Of a DNA stretch of 64,000 nucleotides, positions 1 to 10,402 are shown piece by piece. The stretch is from positions 72,912,001 to 72,976,000 of the forward strand of contig OZ024741.1 in NCBI GenBank assembly GCA_964016885.1. Reading direction: 5' to 3'. The stretch comes from Eledone cirrhosa (lineage: Eukaryota). The notes under the pieces are model-generated. The model did no database searches, was not told where the DNA came from, and worked only from the letters and a program-made list of their open reading frames with translations. Positions within the stretch are counted from its first letter, which is position 1. Each line of letters starts with the position of its first letter. The translations under genes and the position numbers were made by a program.

Positions 1-1902
1 CGAGAACAAGAGGGATACATTACACAAATTCAGGCCCATAACTGTGCTCAACACAGAGTTTAAGATTTTGGCCAAGGTGTTAGCAAAGAGATTGGCGCTT
101 GTCGTCGAGGATTTGGTTGGGGATGCGCAAACTTGCGCAATCCCAGCCAGGTTCGTACACGACAATCTCCACCTCATGCGATATATAATAGAGAGGGTAG
201 GGTGTAAACCTGGCTTCGGTGGGGCACTGATCAATTTAGATCAATCGAAAGCATTCGATAGGGTCGACCATCGGTATTTGGAGTTTGTCCTCAAAGCAGC
301 TGGCTTCGGCCCTGTCTTCAGAAGTTGCATCGCTACAATGCACAGCGGCACACGCTCGGTGGTCAAGGTTAATGGCCACCTCTCGGAACCATTTCGGCTC
401 TCCCGATCGGTCCGTCAAGGGTGCCCTCTCTCTTCCCTTCTGTACGTATTGACTCTCGAGCCTTTACTGCAGAAGCTGGAGCTGTTGCAGGGCATCCCGC
501 TCGAACAGGGACGTGGAAAGGCGGTGTCGGCTTATGCGGACGACATCACCGTGATTGTGTCGAACACCTCAGAAATCGAAGTGGTCGGCACCTTATTGAA
601 GGAATATGAAAAGTTGACAGGAGCCAAACTTAACCCGGAAAAGTCGGTGGGCTTGCAGCTCGGAACCTGGAGAGACAAGCCCATGCCGTCCAACAGCGTC
701 GTTAGGCGCTGGAGGGACGGACCGGTAAAGTTGCTCGAGGTTTGGTTCGGACCAGACCTCCAGGTGGAAAAGAATTGGGACGAGGTAACGAGCAGAGTAG
801 CCAGACTCACCCAAAAATGGGCTGGAAGGAAGCTATCACTGAAAGGTCGGGCGGATGTGGCAAATACGTACATCGCGTCCGTCATCTACTACCGCCTGAC
901 CGTCGTGCCTTGACCCGTCCGCGCCTCGTCAAGATGGAACGGATCCTCTTCAAATTCTTGTGGAGAGGACAAGTTCCGTTGGTGAGGCGGTCCATCTGCT
1001 GCCAGCACCCTCTACGCGGAGGGCTGGGCATGCCGTGGCTAATGATGCTCAGACATGCGTTGAGGCTGCAACATCTCCAGATATTCTGCCTCAACGGTGA
1101 ACAGGTGTGGTCGCCGTTTATCAGACGGGCCTTTCCACAGCTCATTTCTTTGACTGAGATGCATTCCTGGGTTAAGAAGAGACCGAGACTGGGTGACTGA
1201 CACCTGGAATGTTGCCAGGCACTCACTGCCCTCTATCAAGCGGGCAATGCGATCAGTGGAACTTCCACTCTCGAGTTCTATAGAGGATTAGTGGTGGGCA
1301 AGTGCGATGACGCACTCGGAGAAGCTTTGGGCCTCGACGAAGTCGAACTGACCAGTCTGTACCGGAGGACTTTTGAGCCGGGGACGATGGACAATTTCCA
1401 GAAATCCCTCGCTTGGCAATGCTACCGGGGGGCACTGCCGGTTCGGGATAAACTCTACAGGCACGAAAGTTTTGTCAGACGGACCTGCCCAAGATGCGCA
1501 CAGAACGACGAAACCGTTCTGCACGCACTTGTCCAATGTCCGTGCATTACTGACTTGTGGAGTTATGTCGAACAGCTACTGTCGCGTGTGGAACGAATCC
1601 GGCTATCGGCCGAGTCCATAGTGAAGATCGATCCACCGCCTTCCTTAGGTCAGGAAGAGCAGGAAATTTCCCTCTGTCTGGTGGCAGTTGCGAAAGAGGT
1701 TATATGGTGGACGAGGTTGGAAGGACTGAAGACAGACACTTTTCTCTTCGGCCAATCCCTCATCAACTTCTTCAAGTTTCACCTGGAAAGGAAGGTGAGG
1801 GTGGAGAGAGAAGTGCTGCCCCCCAGTACATTTGCTAAAAGGTGGGTGAATGTGGCGAGAAAGGCTCGTGTGAATGGGCCTACTCTGACCATGCGCCTAT
1901 AG
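1..1902 (+). pseudogene. Tx1 ORF2 (RT + C-terminal zinc knuckle), disrupted
   Basis: ORFs 44-913, 742-1200 and 1291-1902 align in order to the intact ORF2 at 36339-39758; frameshift near 910 and in-frame TGA at 1198-1200. Confidence 0.88.
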
Positions 1903-2179
1903 GCTAGCTAACTTGAGGAGAAGGGTGCTCTCCCTGGGTGCCTTAGAAGCGCAGGGTGGTTCAGGATCGGTGGGATACCCGAGTCACCCCAGGGTCGTCC
2001 ACCCCCTATCGGGGAATTTATTTTGTTATATTTATGCATAGTTTATTTTAGATTTTTATATTTTCATTGTTAAATTAGTCTTGCCATTGTGCACTTTTAC
2101 TCGACCTTATTGTAAACCCCCACTGTCCCTGTCTTTTTATTGTCCCCTACATGTCGGCCCTTGTGGCTAATAAATGAAA

Positions 2180-2181
<2 letters not shown>
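1..2181 (+). mobile_element. L1/Tx1-clade non-LTR retrotransposon, subfamily A, 3' part (runs off window start)
   Basis: RT motifs [15 protein letters not shown] and YADD; C-terminal CPRC-x8-H-x4-C knuckle; 3'UTR ends AATAAA..GAAATC followed by (ATT)n. Confidence 0.92.

Positions 2182-2253
<72 letters not shown>
2182..2253 (+). repeat. (ATT)24 microsatellite between Tx1 copies 1 and 2
   Basis: Perfect trinucleotide run read directly. Confidence 0.97.
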
Positions 2254-2462
2254 GGCGACCTACGTAGTAAATCGTATCACCGTGAGCTCCGTAAAGGTTT
2301 GTTATTTCCGTTTGTTAAAAATTGCCATTTATGGAAAATTTTATTGTTAACTGTTTATAAGCGCACATACATTGTTTTCCGAAAAGGACACCCAAAAAGA
2401 TTGGGGCCTTGTTCCCAAAATTTAAACTTTTGTGATTGTCAAAAAATTTCTTTGAAAAACAA

Positions 2463-4441
2463 ATGGCTAAGTCACCTCTGCACCAAGCAGCTGAGAGCCT
2501 TCCTCATAAACTAACACCTCACACCGACACCACCATTCTAAATATTACTACGTTTGCCAACACAAAAAATTTAAGCAGTAGCAATATTTTAAATTTCTCT
2601 CAGGCAGACATTCATTTCCCGCCATTACCAATGACTGCAGGTGTTAAAACCTACACCACCACCACCACCACCACCACCGCGACAACCACCACCCCCACCA
2701 CCACCGCGTCAACAGAAACAAGAGAAAACAATAAATCAACTCGTGATGTCGAAATGTTTTCAACCAAAATGGACTCTTCCACACCGAACACCACTGACGT
2801 CACCACCACCACAACTGAAACTAAAATTAATAATAACAAAAATAACGATAACAACAACAGCAACAATGACATTAAAAAAACCACCCTGAGTTTTGCCAGA
2901 GTAGCAAAACAGTGCGAAGCATTTACGGTAACTCAGTAGGAATTAGAAAATGCCAAAAAAATGGTAAAGAAAGATGAGTACAGGGTCAGCCCCCCCCCCC
3001 CACACACACACCTAATAAAATGGAGCATCAGCGCCTATGCACCGTGTCTTATCGAACAATTAATGTAAAATCGCGCCGAGTGGAACGGGCATCCGAGTCC
3101 CAAATCCAAAAAGCTTTGGGACATGTGTGGGCAAGAAAAACCCACATCAGACGTGGGCAGAAGTATGGAAACGTGGACGTGTTCTTTGAAACACCAGAGG
3201 AGGCTAGAGAACACTCCATGGCCCCATTAAGAAGTGACGACTTCACACTCGTCCCAAGCTATTGTGGCCAGAGACTCGTAAAGATCAGGGTGACCCACGT
3301 TCCACCGGCCATCGAAATTCCCTGGCTAATAGCGGCCGTCCTCGCCGGCATCGAAGCCAACACAAATATAATAGCAATAGCAAAAGAAAAACAGGAGAAC
3401 TGGTCCGGATCTGGGATGGAGCTCCTGATCGAAGCGGACCAAAAAAGCATTGAGGAGATCCCAGAGGTAATAGACCTCACTGACGGCAGCCACCTCACCG
3501 TAATTGTCGAGGGCAGAAGGCCTAGGTGTGTCGTTTGTGGTGAAGGAACCCACCTAAGGGCTTTCTGCCCTCAGGCTAAAAGGTTGAGGCCACCTCTCAT
3601 ACCCACCTCAGTGACTCAACCATCAATACCACCAGTAGCAGAGATGGCAGCAACAACTGTAGCAGCAACAACAGAAGCAACTATAACAGCAACAACCCCA
3701 GCAACAGTAGCAAAACCAACACCACCACCAACCAACGCTTCAGAACTAGCACCAGCGCCTACACCATCCACCACGCCACAATCAAAACTAACGCCTGTGG
3801 AGGATTTTCCACTCCCCGGCCTATCACAACTGGAGACAGATTGTGACGACGAGGAGTGGGAAACGGTATCAGGAAAAAAGAAAACAAGAAACCAAAAAAG
3901 AAAAAATTCTCTTCCTTCCCCCTCCAAAAACAAAATACAGAGGGAAACAAATAAGTTAACAAACAAAAAAGTTAGGACAGATATGCCACCATCCACACCA
4001 GCATCACCAACCCCATCACCCCAAACACCAACACCATCACCATCATTAACCCCAACACCACCATCACCTACACCACAAATGTCACCAAAATGCGAAACAG
4101 AAACAAACCCACAACAAACGCAAACAAAACAAAACAACCAAAACGGTACACACTACACAGCATTAAATTTGAATAACCAATTATTACACTACATCCAACA
4201 CAACACCAGCATCACAGAAAAAGACTACACAACAACCCAAAAATTCACACCACATCCACACATACAAATCACTCGCATCAGACAGAAAATGTACATGACA
4301 CTAAAACAAAAATTCCCCAAAGAAATCGGAGACTTCCGACAAGCAATCTCCAGGAGGATTTATAAGGACATCCTTCCTGAGGAGGCCACAAGCAGTGAAA
4401 AGGATGGAGAAACCGTCCTTCCTCTACGAGAAGTAAGGTAA
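2463..4441 (+). pseudogene. Tx1 ORF1 (RRM-like domain + CCHC zinc knuckle), disrupted
   Basis: ORFs 2436-2939 and 3020-4441 are homologous to ORF1 at 8239-10368 (SFA..AK, KSRRVERA, RPRCVVCGEGTHLRAFC); TAG at 2937 and a frameshift at the C-run near 2990-3010. Confidence 0.82.
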
Positions 4442-4475
4442 GTGGTCTTTCCCATCTTTTCCACTCCATTTCAAC

Positions 4476-7400
4476 ATGACCACACTCAGAATAGGCAGCA
4501 TAAATGCGCGTGGCTTGGGGGTCGTCATGGAAGCAGCGCCACCTGTTCAACGACCTCAGGTCACTAAACATAGATGTAGTGGCCATCAGCGAGACCAGAA
4601 TCTCCGTTAGTGGCCGTCTATGCCCCGACAGGAGCAGGGCGGCCTGATTTCTTCCGGCGTCTGGAGACCTTTCTTGGAACGTCCCGCTATTTAGTGTTAG
4701 TGGGCGACTGGAACGGGATGTTAGATGCACGCTGGGACTGTGTGGGATTAGTGGATAGGGGTGGAGGGTGCAAGAGTCTCACCAACCTGCTCAGGCGTTT
4801 TGAACTGTCTGACAGGTACCGATTGGATTTCCCGAATGTACCAATGTGGACTTGGACAAATCGCATAGGGTCATCCAGATCATATCTAGATAGAGTATTT
4901 TGTAGGGAAATAGATAGGTCTAGCATAGGCTGTCCACAATTCAAGATAGTCAGCTACACGGACCACAAATTTGTGATCTGTGTGCTTGACTTAGATAGGC
5001 TTCATAGACGAGGACCCGGCTACTGGAAGCTAAACGCGTCCTTACCAGCGCGCAAGTCCTACAGAGACCGGATTAGCGAACTAGTTAAGCGAGCGTTGAC
5101 GGGGGCCATCGTCAACAACAAGTGGTGGTTTGCTCTGAAAAGAGCAATTAGAATAGAGTCCATTAGGTTTAGTAAGGCTTTAGCAATAGAGAAAATTAGA
5201 GCAGAGGGAGAATTGGTTAAAAAATTAGACGAGGCGCGTTGCAAAGGCATCGCGACCGACGTACTTGCGGCGAAATTGACCCTTGACCAATTCTTCAAAG
5301 CAAAGCACGAAGGCTGCGTTGTCAGAGCTAGGGTGCGTGCTCTCAGACACGAGGGGACGAAAGCCGTTCAATGGGCCCGAGTGGCAGAGGCGCGTCGTGG
5401 CAACAAAGCCACGATACGGTCTTTGGTGGACCACGACGGGCGCATGCTACTCGATCCCGGGCAAAGGCGTGAAGCTTTTCAGCGACACTTCACTCAACTG
5501 TTCGGGTGCAGCGGCGGGCCGGATCGAGGGATGGACTTTAGTGTCTACCTCGACGGACTGCCGCGGCTCTCGGCCACTGAGGCGGAGTGTTGCAAAAAAC
5601 CGATAACAGCAGCTGAAGTACGGGAGGCAATGACTGGCTGCACAAGGGGTAAATCGCCTGGTTTGGATGGTCTGCTCTATGAACTTTACGTACAAATGCC
5701 AGACTTGTTCGGAGGCTTCTTGGCGGACGTCTACTGCAACTGGCAACAGAACGGGAGAATTCCCAGCTCTGTGAGCCGAGGAGCGGTGGCGGTGCTGAGA
5801 AAGGATCCGAACAAGGGGGATAACATAGATAATTTTAGGCCCATAACTCTGCTAAACACAGAGTTCAAGATTTTGGCCAAGGTGCTAGCAAAGAGGTTGG
5901 CCCTTGTCGTTGGTGGTCTGATGGGAGAGGCGCAGACATGCGCCATTCCCGACAGATCCATCCACGACAACCTCCACCTCATGCGATACATCGTAGAGAG
6001 GGTAGCTAGGGAACCTGGCACGGGTGGGTCTTTGATAAATTTAGATCAGTCGAAAGCTTTCGATAGGGTCGACCATCGTTACCTAGCGGCAGTCCTGAGG
6101 GCGGTTGGCTTTGGGTCCGTCTTCACAGGCTGGATCGCTGCCATGCACAGCGACATCTGCTCTGTGGTGAGAGTGAACGGTCACCTTTCGGAACCGTTCA
6201 ACATCATGCGCTCGGTCCGCAAAGGATGTCCCCTCTCGTACCTCTTGTACGTATTGAATCTCGAACCATTACTGCACAAACTGGAGACGTTTTTTTTTGG
6301 GGGGGGGGGGGGTCCCGCGCCAACTAGGATGCGGAAGATCCGTGTCAGCATATGCGGACGATGTCACCGTAGTGGTGTTGAACGCCAAACACATCGAGGC
6401 GATCGGCACTACACTAAGAGAATACGAAGCGGTGACAGCAGCAATGATCAACCAGGAAAAGTCAGTGGGCCTGCAGCTCAGCACCTGGAGAGGCAGGTCC
6501 ATGCCGTCCAACAAAGTCGTCGGGCGCTGGACGGACGGACCAGTTAAATTGCTCGGGGTCTGGTTCGGTCCGGATCTCCAGACGGACAAAAACTGGGACG
6601 AGGTGACGAGCAGGGTGGCTTCTCTCACCCAGAAATGGGCGGAGAGGAAGCTATCCCTGAAAGGTCGAGCGGAGGTAGGTAACGCGTATATCGCGTCCGT
6701 CATCTACTACCGCCTGACCGTCGTACCTTGTCCTAAGCCCCGCCTGACTGCGCTGGAGCGTTTGCTCTTTCGCTTTTTGTGGAAGGAATGCGCTCCGATG
6801 GTCAGGAGGTCCATCTGCTGTCAACACCCGCTACGTGGAGGGCTGGGAATGCCGTGGCAGATGATGCGCAGACACGCGCTCAGGCTACCACATCTCCACC
6901 TCTTCCTCGACGGTGATCAGGTGTGGTCGCCGTTTGCTAGACACGTCTTTCCACAGCTCGTCTCCTTGACGAAGCTGCAGTCCTGGGTCAAGCCAAGACC
7001 AAGAGGGAGCGCTTGGAGACTGGAATGTCTTCAGGCGCTCACAGCCCTCGACCAATCGGGCAATGTGATCGGTGGAAACTCCACCTTGGCGTTCTATAGA
7101 GGATTAGTGGAGGGGAAGAGCGACGACGTACTTGGGGAAACTCTAGGCGTCGACGAAAATCAACTAGCCAATCTCTTTGGAAGAACTTTCGGGCCGGGGC
7201 CTATGGACAACTTCCAGAAATCCCTGGCCTGGCAGTGCTACCGAGGAGCTTTGCCAGTTCGGGATAAACTCTACAGGCATAGAGGTGCCGTTAGCCGGGC
7301 ATGTCCGAGATGAGTGCAGGGCGACGAAACCGTCCTACACGCACTCGTCCAGTGTCCGAGCATTGCTGACTTGTGGGTTTATGTGGAACACCTGCTGTCA

Positions 7401-7718
7401 CGTATAGAACGGATCCAGCTATCAGCTGAGTCCATCGTGAGGATTGCCCCGCCCTCTTCCTTTAGCCGGGAAGGGCAGGCAGTTTTTATCTATCTGGTGG
7501 CCATGGCGAAAGAGATAGTATGGTGGACACATTTAAAAGGGCTGAAGACGAGCACTTACCTCTTCGGTGATGCCCTGATTAACTTTTTCAAATTTCATTT
7601 GAAAAGGAAAATCAGGGTAGAAAGGGAAGTGCTCTCTTCCCAGCATTTTGTTGAAAGATGGGTGAGAGAGGCAAGAATGGCTCGAGTGAATGGGCCTACT
7701 CTGAGTATGTGTCTGTAA
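4476..7718 (+). pseudogene. Tx1 ORF2 (APE endonuclease-RT), disrupted
   Basis: ATG at 4476 (MTTLRIGSINARGL); frameshift near 4520; deletion of roughly 200 bp in APE near 4606; frameshift at the T/G run near 6290-6312; TGA at 7311. Confidence 0.88.
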
Positions 7719-7963
7719 ATTAAAGGTGGAAAACTGGGAGAGGGCACTTGCCCTGGTGGTCAGGGTCACTGTGGCTTTTTAATGGGCTTTCTTCACCCTT
7801 GTCCCTCGGAAGTCTCCCCCCTATTGGGGAATTTTTTCATTGTTCTATTATTACATCCTCTGTTTCTTTTTTTACACGCAGAAATGCCCATTTGTACCGC
7901 CCTGTATTGTCCTGTACTGTCCTTAATGTCTACTTTATGCAAACCCTTGTGGTTAATAAAGAA

Positions 7964-8020
<57 letters not shown>
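7964..8020 (+). repeat. (ATT)19 microsatellite between Tx1 copies 2 and 3
   Basis: Perfect trinucleotide run. Confidence 0.97.
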
Positions 8021-8238
8021 GAATGCCATGGTTGACGGAGGCTCGGCTCTGTAAGGTATAGTAATTTTTAACCGCTATAACAATTGTAAATTGTTTAAAA
8101 CTTGAAACCAAATTGTAGATAAAAACACCCTCCCCCTCGTTAGAGGGGGTCTTTCTTCCCGTTATTTGGCCCTTCGTGGTTAAATAATCGCTTATTGGGC
8201 TTTTCTGCCCAATATTCATTTTAAACCGTAAAAAAAAC

Positions 8239-8613
8239 ATGGCTACAAAAAAGAATTTTCACAAGTCACTCCCACTCATTCCATCTTCTTCTTCCTCAAT
8301 CGTCACTACATCAGAGAGAAGATTGTCTCTCTCCCTCCCTTCTCTAAATGTGGTGTCGCCTCTTTCGCAAGCGACGCCATTAAAGAAAAAGAAAAATATA
8401 GTGTCTGGTAGCTTTCACCAAGAGAACGTGCATTCCGTGGAACATTTCTCCACGACGACGACAACTACAAAGAATGTGTGCGGTAAATACGGAAACCCAT
8501 TTCATTCGTCTGACGTCATGAAGAATAGCAGCAGCAGCCGTAATAACAATATCAGCAGCAACAGTGACAAGGGAAACACTAGTAGCAGCCGCAACAACAT
8601 CAGCAGCAGCATA

Positions 8614-8644
<31 letters not shown>

Positions 8645-10368
8645 ACAACAGCAGCAGCAGCAACAACAACAACAACCACAGCAACAGCGGCGGCGGCGGT
8701 CGTAGTACCAGCAGCAACAAGAAAAGTAACAGCAGCTCTAGCGACAACAACAATAACAAGAAAGAAAAACCAATCTCGTTTGCAGGTATCGCAAAGAACC
8801 TGGAAACCATCCTTATAACAAATGAGGAATTACAGGAAGCAAAGAAGATGGTGACGAAACCCGAACACCGAGCAATCTGCAAGGCAGCCGAAAATTATTT
8901 CGAAACCCAACAGCACTGTACGGTCACGTACCGTACAGTAAGCACAAAATCACGTAGGGTGGAAAGAGCCACAGAGGCTCAAATACAAAAAGCCTTAGGG
9001 TCTGTGTGGCAGCGGAAAACGCATATCACCCGAGACAAGAAATATGCCACCGTGGACGTGCTTTTTGCCACACCCCAGGAGGCAAAGGCTCAATCCTTAG
9101 TGGCCCTAAGGAGCGAGGAAATGGTGTTGGTGCCCTCCTACTGCGGAAAAAAAATTGTGAGGGTCAAACTGACCCACATCCCCCTAGGGATGGCCCCTTC
9201 TTGGTTGGCCGCGTCTGTCCTCGTCGGAATCGAGGACAAAACAACTGTACTGCAAGTACAGAAAAACGTACGAGAAGATTGGGTAGGCACCTCCATTGAG
9301 ATGTTAATTCAAACCAACCAGGAGTGCATCGAAGCTATCCCGGATGTGATAGACTTAGATAACGGCACTCAACTGCCCATAAATGTTGAGGGCAAACGCC
9401 CGAAATGCTTTCGCTGTGGGTCGAAAACTCACCTCAGGGCCTTCTGCAATGAGAAGACCCTGAGAAAGGAGAAAACCCCCCTCCTTCCGAAACCGGCTCC
9501 ACTGCTACCAGCAACAGGACAGGCGGCAAGCAGGAAGGATAGGTCCGTGGCACCCATACCCACACCACGGAAATCAAGAACAGCAGCAGCAGTGGAAGTA
9601 TTAACAACAACAACAGTAATACCAACTGCAGCTGCAACAGAGACTCCACTGAAACCATCACCAACAAGAACAAGTGAAAGAGTGGAGCAGGTACACCTCC
9701 CCGACCTCACAGAATCGGACATGGAGTGTGAGGTGGGAGAGGGATGGCAAAAGGTCGCAAGAAGGCACAAACGCAGAAGCAGCGCATCGTCGCCTTCGAA
9801 ATGGGAAGGAAGAAATGAAAAGCGAGTAAAGGCTACTGCAAAGAGACTTACAGCAGCAACACCACCAACACAATCACCACCGGCGGCAACCCTACCGCCA
9901 ACAACAACAACACCTTCAACACCACCACCACAAGCACCAACATTGCAAACACAACAACAAAACACACACACACAGCAACAACGACAAGAAAATAGCAGAA
10001 CCACACCCCACTCCCAGAAAAAGAAATGCACAGCAATAAATATACACAACAAGAAACTAATGACTTACATAATTGAACACACACACATTTCACCGCACGA
10101 CTACATAATACCAGCACCAATCAAAATACCAACGAACATAGGACTGGTAAGAATAGCACAGAAACAAGACACAAACATTAAAATAAAATTCCCTAACGCA
10201 GTTTGTGATATCAGAGCCCTAGGAGGGACACTCAACCGGAGAGTATATTCGGATATACTCACAGAAGAGCCGACGACCAGCCGAAGTGACGATTCAACGG
10301 TCCCTTCACCAGACGATCAAGTGGAAAGGGATGGAGAAACCATCTTTCCTCTACGAGAAGTAAGGTAA
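8239..10368 (+). CDS. Tx1 ORF1 nucleic-acid-binding protein (Ser/Asn-rich N-terminus, RRM-like domain, CCHC knuckle, Pro/Thr-rich linker)
   Basis: Open 709-aa ORF with CFRCGSKTHLRAFC; lies directly upstream of the APE-RT ORF. Confidence 0.85.
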
Positions 10369-10402
10369 GTGGTCTTTCCCATCTTTTCCACTCCATTTCA
10401 AC

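Larger units (their letters stand above)
2254..7963 (+). mobile_element. Full-length but decayed Tx1-clade LINE with a divergent 5'UTR/ORF1 joined to a subfamily-B ORF2
   Basis: ORF1 with CVVC-x4-H-x4-C knuckle, APE-RT ORF2, 3'UTR with AATAAA at 7955-7960; (ATT)n on both sides. Confidence 0.92.
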
